A stretch of 64,000 nucleotides of DNA, from contig JBBFLR010000006.1 in assembly GCA_037478935.1 (NCBI GenBank), positions 2,865 through 66,864 of the forward strand, read 5' to 3'. Source of the stretch: Candidatus Methanosuratincola sp. (lineage in GTDB: Archaea; Thermoproteota; Methanomethylicia; Methanomethylicales; Methanomethylicaceae). Every line of letters begins with the position of its first letter. Within the stretch, counting starts at the first letter, position 1. Shown piece after piece: positions 46,386 to 55,067 of this stretch. The notes beneath the pieces are model-generated. The model was not told the DNA's origin and made no database searches. It worked only from the letters and a program-made list of their open reading frames with translations. The position numbers and the translations under genes were made by a program.

Positions 46386-46460
46386 ATGCTCATACTCCTT
46401 GTAATCGGCGGCACGGTCTTGGCAGCCGTCAACTTCTTAATCAGCCTGAAAAAGAGGTGA
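46386..46460 (+). CDS. Candidate 24-aa single-TM peptide coupled to the symporter gene
   Basis: MLILLVIGGTVLAAVNFLISLKKR. Its TGA (46458-46460) overlaps the symporter GTG (46457-46459). A GAGGTGAGG SD and a strong TATA (TTTAAATATTTTTATAAAAAA, 46321-46341) lie upstream. Confidence 0.3.
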   Translation: MLILLVIGGTVLAAVNFLISLKKR

Positions 46461-47938
46461 TCGGTACGGAGCTATTCCCGGCAGCCGTCCTCTTTTTCTA
46501 CACCTCGGCGATACTACTTATCGCTATCGTTGGAAGGAGCAAGAACAAGGCTGTGGTGGACTTCCTTCTCTCCAGCAAAAGCCTTGGGCCGTTGCTACTT
46601 GCATTCTCCTACACGACCACCTACTTCAGCTCTGCAGCCTTCTTGGGCGGCGGAGGGATGGGTTTTCTTCTCGGGTTCCAGTGGAGCGCCTTTCTTTTCT
46701 TCTTCCACGTCCTCTTCGCTGTGCTAGCGTGGGCGCTGATCGCCCCAAAGATAAAGCAGTTCACCGACCTATCCAACTCCATGACCGTCCCAGAGTTCTT
46801 GGGGACAAGGTACTCCTCTAGGACTCTTCAGCTAATCTCAGCCTTGATCTTCATCGTATTCATGGAATTCTATCTGATATCGATCTTCAAGGGGGCTGGA
46901 AACATCCTACAGGTCGTCCTCGGGATTCCATACCCCCAGGCCCTCCTAGTAGTCGCGGTGCCAGCACTCCTCTATGCGAGCATAGGGGGGTTCAGGGGGA
47001 ATGTGGCAGTGAGCCTTCTCCAGGGGGTTTTGATGATCTCTTCCGCCATCTTCTTGATGGGAGGGATCCTGATGCGCAGCGGAGGTTGGGCGGGTGCGAT
47101 CTCGGCCCTAGAGGCGGTGCGACTCAGCGGGTGGGGAAGCGACATTTCCCTCCTCTCCTTCCCAGGCCCGGTCCCCTCAGCCGTATCTGCAGCAGGCGCC
47201 GCAATCCCCTACATACTCTCGCTCACATTCGCGATAAGCTTCGCACAGATGACTAGCCCGCATATGGTAGTACAGTTCTATAGCGCACGGGACGCCTCCG
47301 TCCTGAGGATGGGTAGGGCGATAACTCCGGTTCTGATTGCAGTCTTCGCCTTTGCAGTCTTTTTTGCGGGTCCGTTCGGATGGGCAGTGATCTCAGATCC
47401 GGCGGTACTGCGGCAGTGCCTCGGAAATCCTGACTTGGTCATCCCTTCCATGGCTGTTTCAATCTTCGGCACCGATTTGGGGTCTCTCCTGCTGGTGGCG
47501 GTACTTGCCGCAGCCATGTCCACGCTGGCTCCAATATGCATAATGCTCTCGGGCTCGCTGCTGAGGGATGTGGTCTCCGCAGCAACTCAAAAGAAAAGCG
47601 AGGGCACGTCCGTCCTCAGGTTCGCAACCTTACTCTTCGGGGCCGTCCCTCTTCTACTCGCCGTGAACCCTCCTGACGTTATTGTCGGGATCGTGGGCGT
47701 GGCGTTTTCCGCAATCTCCTCCGCCTTCTTCGCACCGCTGATCGGTGGGCTTTACCTAAAGCGGGCTTCGAGACTGGGCGCCATAGTCTCAGTAGTCGCA
47801 GCCGCATCCACGTGCATAATCTGGCAGATTTACTTCTATTCGAGTTCCTTCGTTTACCCGGTAGTGCCGGGCGTTTTGGTGGGGACGCTGGTCTACGTCG
47901 CATTTTATGTTGGTTCCAGGGTGACTAGAAATGGATGA
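46457..47938 (+). CDS. Sodium:solute symporter family transporter
   Basis: 493 aa with about 13 TM segments and SSF-like composition (GGFRGNVAVSLLQG). GTG start. Confidence 0.85.
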   Translation: MIGTELFPAAVLFFYTSAILLIAIVGRSKNKAVVDFLLSSKSLGPLLLAFSYTTTYFSSAAFLGGGGMGFLLGFQWSAFLFFFHVLFAVLAWALIAPKIKQFTDLSNSMTVPEFLGTRYSSRTLQLISALIFIVFMEFYLISIFKGAGNILQVVLGIPYPQALLVVAVPALLYASIGGFRGNVAVSLLQGVLMISSAIFLMGGILMRSGGWAGAISALEAVRLSGWGSDISLLSFPGPVPSAVSAAGAAIPYILSLTFAISFAQMTSPHMVVQFYSARDASVLRMGRAITPVLIAVFAFAVFFAGPFGWAVISDPAVLRQCLGNPDLVIPSMAVSIFGTDLGSLLLVAVLAAAMSTLAPICIMLSGSLLRDVVSAATQKKSEGTSVLRFATLLFGAVPLLLAVNPPDVIVGIVGVAFSAISSAFFAPLIGGLYLKRASRLGAIVSVVAAASTCIIWQIYFYSSSFVYPVVPGVLVGTLVYVAFYVGSRVTRNG

Positions 47939-49235
47939 AATGTGGAACAGGAGTCTCGAGTCGCTTGACCGCGACTCGATAAGGAGGATCCAGCTCGAGA
48001 GGCTCAGGATCACGGTCAAGCGCTCCTACGAAAAAATCCCCTTTTACCGTTCCGCGTTAAGGGGTAGGGGGCTCTCCCCAGAGGACATAAACTCCCTAGA
48101 CGACCTGCGTAAACTCCCCATGATATCGAAGGATGACCTTCGGAGTGGCTACCCGTTTGGCCTCCTTGCAGTGCCTCGGGAAGAGTGCGTCAGGGTCCAT
48201 GCTTCTTCCGGAACAACAGGAAAGCCAAGTTTGGTACTTTACACCCGAGAGGATATACAAAACTGGACAGAACTTATGTGCAGGTGCCTCTTCATGAGCG
48301 GGTTGCGTCGCGGCGATGTCTTTCAAGTCACGCCCGGCTATGGGCTTTTCACCGGCGGTCTGGGGTTCCACTATGGAGGGGAGGCAATCGGCGCAACGGT
48401 GATCCCGACAGGCACAGGGAACACCGAACGGCAGATCAGTCTGATGCGGGACCTCGGGACGACCATGATAGCCGGAATTGCCAGCTACGCCCTTCACATG
48501 GCTGAGGTCGCCTCTGAGATGGGGGTTGACGTCAAGAGGGACTTGAGTGTCAGGAAAGGGATCTTTGGAGCTGAGGCTTGGAGCGACACGATGATGAAGA
48601 AGATCTCGGAGGTTTGGGACATGGACTGCCACGACATATACGGAATGTCCGAGATGTACGGACCAGGGGTCGGCTGCAGCTGCTCTCATGGTAGTGGCCT
48701 GCACGTTTGGGAGGATCACTTTATCGTCGAGGTCGTAGATCCATCGACCGGAGAGCCCGTTGGACCAGAAGAAGAGGGTGAGGTCGTCCTTACCTCGCTG
48801 ACAAAGACGGCGATGCCGATGATTAGGTTTAGGACCAGGGATGTGTCGAAAATCTTGGATGCAAAAGAGTGCGATTGCGGGCGAACCCACCTGCGTTTGG
48901 CACGGGTAAAGGGGAGGTGTGATGACGCATTCTCGGTCAACGGAGTTAAGGTCTTCCCGGGGCAAGTCGAGTACGTCCTGATGAAGTATCCTGATGTAGG
49001 CATGAACTACCAGCTAGTCGTAGAAAAGGTGGGCGTGCTCGATCAGCTGACCGTCCTAGTCGAAAGAGGCAGCGACTGCGGGGTTGTGAGCTCTTCTGGG
49101 TCGCTGGAGCAGATCCTGCTCAGGGATCTTAGGTCCGTCTTGGGATTCCAGCCGAGGGTAAAGGTTTTGCCACCCATGTCGATCGAGAGGGGCGAGGGCA
49201 AGGCAAAGCGGGTGTTGGATCTGAGGAAGAAATGA
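47931..49235 (+). CDS. paaK: Phenylacetate-CoA ligase family protein (PaaK / F390 synthetase-like)
   Basis: LERLRITVKRSYEKIPFYR, LPMISKDDLR and VHASSGTTGKPSLVLYTREDIQNW. It overlaps the symporter gene end by 8 nt. Confidence 0.88.
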   Translation: MDEMWNRSLESLDRDSIRRIQLERLRITVKRSYEKIPFYRSALRGRGLSPEDINSLDDLRKLPMISKDDLRSGYPFGLLAVPREECVRVHASSGTTGKPSLVLYTREDIQNWTELMCRCLFMSGLRRGDVFQVTPGYGLFTGGLGFHYGGEAIGATVIPTGTGNTERQISLMRDLGTTMIAGIASYALHMAEVASEMGVDVKRDLSVRKGIFGAEAWSDTMMKKISEVWDMDCHDIYGMSEMYGPGVGCSCSHGSGLHVWEDHFIVEVVDPSTGEPVGPEEEGEVVLTSLTKTAMPMIRFRTRDVSKILDAKECDCGRTHLRLARVKGRCDDAFSVNGVKVFPGQVEYVLMKYPDVGMNYQLVVEKVGVLDQLTVLVERGSDCGVVSSSGSLEQILLRDLRSVLGFQPRVKVLPPMSIERGEGKAKRVLDLRKK

Positions 49236-49308
49236 GAACCCTGCCTGCCGATGCCTTGGGACGTCTGGGCCTTTGAAGGCTGGAACGATTTCCCTCTATT
49301 CATTTAAT

Positions 49309-49338
49309 GGCGTAGCCGGTTCGCTGCTACGCCTTTCT
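49309..49338. terminator. Hairpin plus T-tract between convergent paaK and CPBP genes
   Basis: Perfect 8-bp inverted repeat GGCGTAGC-N9-GCTACGCC followed by TTTCT. Confidence 0.4.
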
Positions 49339-49347
49339 GGTTGTAAA

Positions 49348-50187
49348 TCAGCTGTGTGCCTTATTCCCAGGAAACCCTTTGCGAACCATCCTCTTTGTGC
49401 CGTATAGTTTCAGTACAACTGCAACAGCGAGAACATTGAGGATGAGCAGGTAGAGTCCGCCAGTCTCCGTCTCGAGCGTAGGGAAGATCAGATAGGCGAG
49501 GTTATTCATCGTGTGGTAGATCATCACCGCGAGCACGCTGCCACCCGTATTGTTGTAGATCCAAGTGAATAGGAAAGCCCCGCTTATTATCAGAACGAAG
49601 AACCCCCAGATGGGCGTCTGAGACTGGATCGTCCCTTGGATGTAGAAGAGGGGAAGATGCCAAGCCCCCCAGACCGCCCCGAGAACTGCACTAGAAGCGA
49701 AGGCGCTCCACTTCTGCTGCAGAACCTCGAGCGCGTAACCCCTCCAGCCAAACTCCTCCTGCAGGGGCCCTCCCAAGAGGAAGATGTAGGCAAAGGCGAA
49801 CGGGATTATTAAGGGGTCGGAGAATGCTGTGATTTCTGGCAGCGGATCACCGGTGAGCACCGCCGTCAGTAAGGCCAGGCCCATGATCGCAGGCGAAACA
49901 AGGAAGACGGGGAGGTACCATCATCCTATCCTGTATCTGGTGATCTTTTTTAGGAGCGTTGCCACTCCCGCCCCCCTGCCCTCGCTGTAGGTCATGGCGA
50001 TTGCACCGACCAGGGGACCAAAGGCTGCCGGATTGTAAGGGCTGGACAAAAACGCGCTCAGCCAAGGTGCGGCTGTGAGCGTCCCTGTCGATACGAGTGC
50101 TTGGGGTATCCATAAAGCCCATGAAAAAGCAAAAGTTATCAAGAAAAAGAGGATCAGATTCCGCCAACCTGCCAAACGATCTTTCAA
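49348..50187 (-). pseudogene. CPBP-family intramembrane glutamic endopeptidase (CAAX protease/Abi-like) interrupted by one in-frame TGA
   Basis: ORFs 49921..50337 and 49348..49884 are in the same frame and are separated only by the TGA at 49921-49923 (...KITRYRIG*WYLPVFLVSPAIMGLALL...). The C-terminal part has LQEEFGWRGY (EExxxR) and HTMNN motifs. The proposed start is the TTG at 50187, about 30 nt downstream of a TATA. Confidence 0.7.
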
Positions 50188-50215
50188 TTCAAACCTCTCA
50201 GAGATACTTTTCTCA

Positions 50216-50286
50216 TTTTTATTTCTAAACCCTTTCTCTTTCTTTTCCTCTCTTTCTTTCCCTCTTTCCTTCCTTTCCCTTCCCTT
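50216..50286 (-). promoter_or_regulatory. TATA box (TTTAGAAATAAAAA on minus strand) preceded by a 57-nt pure polypurine tract
   Basis: The plus strand at 50230-50286 contains only C/T. The TATA lies about 30 nt upstream of the CPBP start. The same TTATTTCTAAA + CTTTCTCTTT module occurs upstream of tRNA-Ser. Confidence 0.5.
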
Positions 50287-50346
50287 GTTGGAGCGCAACC
50301 GATCCTTGAGCAAATGTATTATTTGGTGCCACTGCATAGATTAATT

Positions 50347-51462
50347 GTGCGCTCCGAGATTATCCGACTTGCCTGCACCGCATGCTCAGCCGCTCTGGAC
50401 ATCGACTTTACTGGTTGGCAATGCCCTGAGTGCAGAGCACCGCTGGAGATCTCGCGACCGAGATGCGCTAGGAAAATGTCCGAGATCGTTGCGGAGGGGC
50501 GGAGTGGCATGTGGCGTTACAGTCCGTGGTTACCATTCTCGTCCCGCCCCGTCACGCTCGGTGAGGGTGGGACACCGCTGATCAAAAGTGAGGTTGCTGG
50601 TGTAGAGATAATCTTCAAGTTAGAATTCGTGTCGCCGACTGGGTCTTTCAAGGACAGGGGTGCCTCAATGAGCGTCTCAAGAGCGGCTGCACTCGGGGCC
50701 AGAACGGTTGTCGAAGACTCGACGGGAAACGCAGGAGTGGCGGCGTCCGCATACGCGGCGAGGGCCGGCATCAGGTCGCGGATATACGTACCAGCGGATG
50801 CCCCGAATGCCAAAAAAGCACTGATGAGGGCGACCGGAGCAGAACTGGTCGAGTGCAGGGATAGGTCAGAAGCAGCAGAGCGGGCAGCCTCCGAGCTCGG
50901 AACCGGCGACTTTTACATCGGGCACGCATGGGATCCGTTCTACATCGCGGGGATGGAGACTGTGGCATTCGAGGTCTATGAGCAGTACGGAATTCCAGAC
51001 TCGATCTTGGTGCCGGTCGCGAGCGGCACACTCCTCTTGGGACTCTACAGGGGCTTCCGTGAGCTCGTGGCTTGTGGGATCGCCGGGCGGATTCCGCGCA
51101 TCTTCGGCGTGCAGGGCGAGGACTGTGCCCCGATATATCAAGAGATCCATGGCCCTGCCCCGAAGACCTTCGGGAGTTCGCTCGCGGACGGTCTCCGAAT
51201 CGCCAGCCCTCCTCGGAAGAGAGAGATTCTGGATGCAATCAACTCGAGCGGAGGAGACGTCTTCGTAGTCTCAGATCCGGAGATAGCTCGGAGCCTGAGG
51301 TGCCTGATGGGGATGGGGATCGTGGCTGAGCCAACATCAGCAACGGCATTGGCGCCCCTCTCGAAGAACGCGGGATCTCTCGGCAGTGCAGTCTTAATCC
51401 CTATAACCGGATCCGGGATTAAACACCCTGATGGGATCGTTAAAGCACTCGGCATACGGTGA
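50347..51462 (+). CDS. thrC: Threonine synthase-family PLP enzyme with N-terminal zinc ribbon
   Basis: CTAC...CPEC, GEGGTPL, the PLP-lysine motif PTGSFKDRG, and STGNAG. The GTG at 50347 is preferred because the ATG at 50314 lies inside the TATA-like AAATGTATTATTT. Confidence 0.85.
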   Translation: MRSEIIRLACTACSAALDIDFTGWQCPECRAPLEISRPRCARKMSEIVAEGRSGMWRYSPWLPFSSRPVTLGEGGTPLIKSEVAGVEIIFKLEFVSPTGSFKDRGASMSVSRAAALGARTVVEDSTGNAGVAASAYAARAGIRSRIYVPADAPNAKKALMRATGAELVECRDRSEAAERAASELGTGDFYIGHAWDPFYIAGMETVAFEVYEQYGIPDSILVPVASGTLLLGLYRGFRELVACGIAGRIPRIFGVQGEDCAPIYQEIHGPAPKTFGSSLADGLRIASPPRKREILDAINSSGGDVFVVSDPEIARSLRCLMGMGIVAEPTSATALAPLSKNAGSLGSAVLIPITGSGIKHPDGIVKALGIR

Positions 51463-51697
51463 ACTGTGCCGGCCTGCCTTTTCGTCCTGCCTCCCGCCAG
51501 ACAAGCTATTGGTAGTCCGTTGCTGATTAGCCATCGTGAAAGCAATTTTTCTTCTATCTCGGTATCAGGGTCCGAGAACTGCGTGCGTCAATCCGGTTCT
51601 ACGCCCCCCTCCCCAGTATGGCGATTCTGCGAAGGGACAGGTTCTACCAGACCGGACAAAAGGGAGCTGCAGTGTCGAGCGTACCGGAGGAGGCCTG

Positions 51698-51928
51698 ATG
51701 TTGGAGCTGAATCACCGGGGAAAATATAGCCATTTCGACATCGAATATTCTGTGGGCAGAGCATTGGACAATTTTGCCTTGAAGGCGGATGATCTGGACC
51801 GAGCGCTCTCGGAGGTAAAGAAGACTGGTAGCCACATCCTTATGGGGATGGGGATCGAATTCCGGGTGGGCTTGTTTCGAGGATCCGAATGGGATATGGT
51901 TCGGGCTGTTTCAGTTCGGGTGCAGTAG
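51698..51928 (+). CDS. Small hypothetical protein, half-size VOC/glyoxalase-like
   Basis: The ATG at 51698 is preceded by GGAGGAGG. FALKADDLDRALSEVKKTGSHIL resembles one beta-alpha-beta-beta-beta module of the VOC fold. At 76 aa it may be a remnant. Confidence 0.35.
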   Translation: MLELNHRGKYSHFDIEYSVGRALDNFALKADDLDRALSEVKKTGSHILMGMGIEFRVGLFRGSEWDMVRAVSVRVQ

Positions 51929-52049
51929 ATGCAATAACCGTTGGCTGCTGTTGTCGCTTCAGGCCGTTCTAAACAATCTTGGAAAGGACGAAAATCCCTG
52001 CGCGAGGATAAATGAATTCCTGCACACGCTTATGCACAACGAAAGCTCT

Positions 52050-52170
52050 TGGTGCGGGGAGTGGGATTCGAACCCACGAAGGCCTTCGCCATAGGAGCTT
52101 CCTGGGCGATCGGGACGAACCCGCCCCGCCACTCAGTCCTACCCCTTTGACCTGGCTTGGGAATCCCCGC
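52050..52170 (-). tRNA. tRNA-Leu (anticodon read as GAG) with about 33-nt intron at the anticodon loop, CCA encoded
   Basis: The minus strand reads GCGGGGATTCCCAAGCCAGGTCAAAGGGGTAGGA-CTGAG-[TGGCGGGGCGGGTTCGTCCCGATCGCCCAGGAA]-GC-TCCTA-TGGCGAAGGCCTTC-GTGGGTTCGAATCCCAC-TCCCCGC-A-CCA. It has a 7-bp acceptor, a long variable arm and a GTTCGAATC T-loop. Confidence 0.8.
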
Positions 52171-52288
52171 TCGTCAAGATTAAGGCGCAAACACTTTTTT
52201 AACCTTATCGGAACTCCCTGCGCTCAAGCCTGAGAAGGGACAGAACAAATACCGCCATTCTAAATTTAAATACATCCTCCCTCCCCTT

Positions 52289-52990
52289 ATGAAGCGTGCC
52301 GTTGCAATGAAAGAAGACGATCTCATCACCCTCGCCGAGAAGATTAGCGACCAATCGCTCAGGAGTAAGGTAATCGAGATGATAAGGGATCCCAGGCTCT
52401 CGTTCTTAGAGATGCCGAACTCGACCCAGTTCTCGAAGTCTCCTGCCAGCAAGAGGCGGCACCACTCCTACGAGACCGGGCTGTTGGTTCACACCTACTC
52501 GACGACTAGGTTCGCCGTCGCGTTGGCGGACATCGTCGAGGAGGTCTACGGCGTGAAGGTCAACAGAGATGTTGTTATAGCCGCCAGTCTACTCCACGAC
52601 CTGTTCAAATTCGCAACCTACCACCAGACGTATCCAGGTAAGTACAACAGGTCAAAACTGGGTGAGATGCTCGATCACCTCTCATTAATCACCGGGGAGC
52701 TCTATGCCAGGCGATTCCCGATAGAAGTGATACACGCCGTGGCATCTCACCACGGCGACGCCAGCCCAATAGAGCCCAGGACAATCGAGGCACTCATCCT
52801 GCACATAGCGGACAACGCGGACGCAGAGATGAACGACAAGGTGTTCTGGGCTGCGAAGGACATCATCAGGGAGTGCCTGGGGCTCGAAGTGCAAACACTC
52901 CCGAAGGAGGTATCGCCGTTCAAGGTGGTCCTCGCCAAGAAGGAGGGGGGCTGCGAAGAGGTGCGAAGGAAGTTCTCAGGTCTGCTTTGA
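52289..52990 (+). CDS. HD-domain phosphohydrolase
   Basis: SLLHDLFK (HD) and VASHHGD...LHIADNADA. The TATA-like TAAATTTAAATA lies about 25 nt upstream of the ATG. Confidence 0.75.
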   Translation: MKRAVAMKEDDLITLAEKISDQSLRSKVIEMIRDPRLSFLEMPNSTQFSKSPASKRRHHSYETGLLVHTYSTTRFAVALADIVEEVYGVKVNRDVVIAASLLHDLFKFATYHQTYPGKYNRSKLGEMLDHLSLITGELYARRFPIEVIHAVASHHGDASPIEPRTIEALILHIADNADAEMNDKVFWAAKDIIRECLGLEVQTLPKEVSPFKVVLAKKEGGCEEVRRKFSGLL

Positions 52991-52991
52991 G

Positions 52992-54623
52992 GTGCTTCTT
53001 ATGTCCGGTGGACACTGGGTGAGGGGGATCGTAGACGAGATAATCCGGAGGGGCGACGAGAGGATAGTGATCCATACGGGAAAGACCCCGTCGGGCCCGA
53101 TACACATCGGCGCCGAGCGCGAGCAGTTCATCTGCAGTGCGATACAGCGTGAGCTGGAGAGGCGGGGTTTCGAATCAACCTTCAATTTCATAATAGACTC
53201 ATTCGACCCGATAAAGTCGATACCAGCGGGTCTCACCGTCCCGAAGGGTTTCGAGGACGCGCTGGGCAAGCCCCTGTCATCTGTACCGGACCCCTTCGGC
53301 TGCCACGGCAGCTACGCCCACCACTTCGCAGAGGAGTTCATAGAATGCCAGCCCGAGTTCGGCCTCTCGCCGAACATCGTCTATTCGCACGAGCTCTACA
53401 GGGAGCCAGCAATGAAGGACGCGATAAGGACCGTCTTGAGGAAGCTGGACCAGCTCAAGGCAATAAGGAGGAAGTACCTGCACCTCCCGGAGGAGGATGG
53501 GACCGCAGACGACTGGAACCCCGTGATGGTCGTCTGCGAGGAGTGCGGCAGGATCGCGTCGATGAAGAAGGAGGTAATCCCGAACAGGCTAGACTCCTGG
53601 GACCTCGAGAGGGACGAACTCTCCTACACCTGCTCTGCCTGCGGGCACAGGGGGAGGGGCAAGATCGGGGACCTCTCAGTCAAGCTCAGCTGGCGCGTGG
53701 ACTGGTCTGCAAAGTGGGCGGTATTCAGGGTCACATGCGAGCCCGCGGGCAAGGACCACTGCGTCAAGGACGGGGCCTACGACATGGGGCTTGAGGTCTG
53801 CCAGGCGATCTTCGGATACCGCGGTCCTCTGAGGGTCTCTTACGAGTGGCTCACGCTGGGCGAGCACGCGATGAAGACACACAAGGGGATCACTTTTACG
53901 CCGGTAGAATGGCTCAAGATCGCCCCGCCTGAGGCTCTGAGGTACCTGATCCTGAGCGCTGACCCGATGCGTCATATATCGTTCCTGCCCGAGAGGGTTC
54001 CGGACATCGTCGACAACTTTGACAGGCTCGAGCGATTCTTCTACGGCAAAGAGACGCCACCTCCCAGCGAGGACTCGGATTACCTCAGGGACCTCTATAC
54101 TCTGTGCGTCAGGAGCAGACCGTATGCATCGGCTCCTGCGCGGCTTCCCTACAGGTTCGCGGCGACGATCGTCCAGCTCGATCCTCTCCTAGAGCGGAGT
54201 AAGATCCTCGCAAAGTCGATCGAGTACGCCGCCCGGCTCCACGGCAAAAAGGCCCTCTCGGACGAAGAGGAAGCCGATGTGGTGCGTCGCCTCTCCATGG
54301 CTGAAAAATGGGTGAAGCTCTATGCGCCGGCTCAGGCTAAGTTCATGATCTCTACAGGCGAATCGGTCTTTCACATCTCTAGCGAAGTCGAGAGGAAATT
54401 CGTGAGTTCAGTTGCGGAGATACTAGAGAGGGGCTTGGCTGAGCCTGAACTCCAGAACGAGATATTCGAGAAAGCAAAGTCCCTAGGCCTTGAAACGAGT
54501 AAGGCATTTGCCGTGCTTTATCGGATACTGCTCGGTTCCGAGCGGGGGCCTAGGCTCGCTCCCCTCTTATTGGCGTTGGACAAAGACTGGTTGGTAAAGC
54601 GGCTAAGATCTTCGATCAAGTGA
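52992..54623 (+). CDS. lysK: Lysyl-tRNA synthetase, class I
   Basis: HWVRGIVDEI...TGKTPSGPIHIGAEREQF is the class I LysRS N-terminus. There is a zinc-binding CEECG...CSACG insert. The start is the GTG at 52992 or the ATG at 53001. Confidence 0.88.
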   Translation: MLLMSGGHWVRGIVDEIIRRGDERIVIHTGKTPSGPIHIGAEREQFICSAIQRELERRGFESTFNFIIDSFDPIKSIPAGLTVPKGFEDALGKPLSSVPDPFGCHGSYAHHFAEEFIECQPEFGLSPNIVYSHELYREPAMKDAIRTVLRKLDQLKAIRRKYLHLPEEDGTADDWNPVMVVCEECGRIASMKKEVIPNRLDSWDLERDELSYTCSACGHRGRGKIGDLSVKLSWRVDWSAKWAVFRVTCEPAGKDHCVKDGAYDMGLEVCQAIFGYRGPLRVSYEWLTLGEHAMKTHKGITFTPVEWLKIAPPEALRYLILSADPMRHISFLPERVPDIVDNFDRLERFFYGKETPPPSEDSDYLRDLYTLCVRSRPYASAPARLPYRFAATIVQLDPLLERSKILAKSIEYAARLHGKKALSDEEEADVVRRLSMAEKWVKLYAPAQAKFMISTGESVFHISSEVERKFVSSVAEILERGLAEPELQNEIFEKAKSLGLETSKAFAVLYRILLGSERGPRLAPLLLALDKDWLVKRLRSSIK

Positions 54624-54860
54624 AGATGCAAACTGCGAGCTTGGGAGCCCGGCCGACCTCCACACCTCTTTCGACGACTCATCACCGCGGGCGGCATTCC
54701 TAGTTTTGGCGAAATCCCTCCTATTTTTCTTAACCCCATTCCATCGGCATGGATCCAAGCGCCACGGTGCATCCAAGTATCGGGAGTAAGATAGTTATGT
54801 ACTGATTTAAAAACCGAAAACCCTTTAAATATTTTTTTAAAAAAAATATGATGGGCGTTT

Positions 54861-55067
54861 ATGAATATAATCGAAGATGTATTTGAGCTGCTAAGCGACG
54901 GTATTCAAAGGAAGGCCACGGACATATCGAGGGAGCTTAAAGTTGATCTTCCTATAATAAACGAAGTCCTGGCGTTCCTTACTGAATACAATCTTGTCCG
55001 AAGAGGTCACGATGGTAGTTACGTTTTGGATGAGGAAGTAAAGCGAATTCTAGACATTGAGTCTTAA
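54861..55067 (+). CDS. Small winged-helix DNA-binding protein (68 aa)
   Basis: VFELLSDGIQRKATDISRELKVDLPIINEVLAFLTEYNLVRRGHDGSYVL has an HTH + wing pattern. AT-rich TATA elements lie upstream. Confidence 0.5.
   Translation: MNIIEDVFELLSDGIQRKATDISRELKVDLPIINEVLAFLTEYNLVRRGHDGSYVLDEEVKRILDIES

Noticed and set aside
48096-48965. 289-aa minus-strand ORF inside paaK
   Set aside because: It is an antisense shadow ORF, whereas paaK on the plus strand has clear family motifs.
49921-49923. TGA recoded as selenocysteine or tryptophan
   Set aside because: TGA terminates many genes in this window at the expected positions, for example coaBC and topA. A Trp-rich context makes a TGG to TGA mutation or base-call error the simpler explanation. 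No obvious SECIS-like element was noted, although I did not fold the downstream sequence exhaustively.
50188-50337. K/E/R/G-rich N-terminal extension of ORF 49921..50337 (…GRERKERGKEREEKKEKGFRNKNEK…)
   Set aside because: It is simply the translation of the 57-nt polypurine tract plus TATA box. A TTG at 50187 with correct TATA spacing gives a normal CPBP N-terminus.
51463-51697. 235-nt non-coding stretch after thrC, examined for a riboswitch or structured RNA
   Set aside because: There are only short repeats (GGTTCTAC twice) and no recognisable riboswitch core. It may be a 5' leader or decayed coding sequence of the adjacent half-size VOC-like ORF. A covariance-model scan would be needed.
54700-54730. 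GCGAAATCCCTCC resembling the tRNA-Ser T-arm/acceptor, considered as an attachment-site repeat
   Set aside because: The match is short and imperfect, and it is in the wrong (inverted) orientation relative to the tRNA 3' half.
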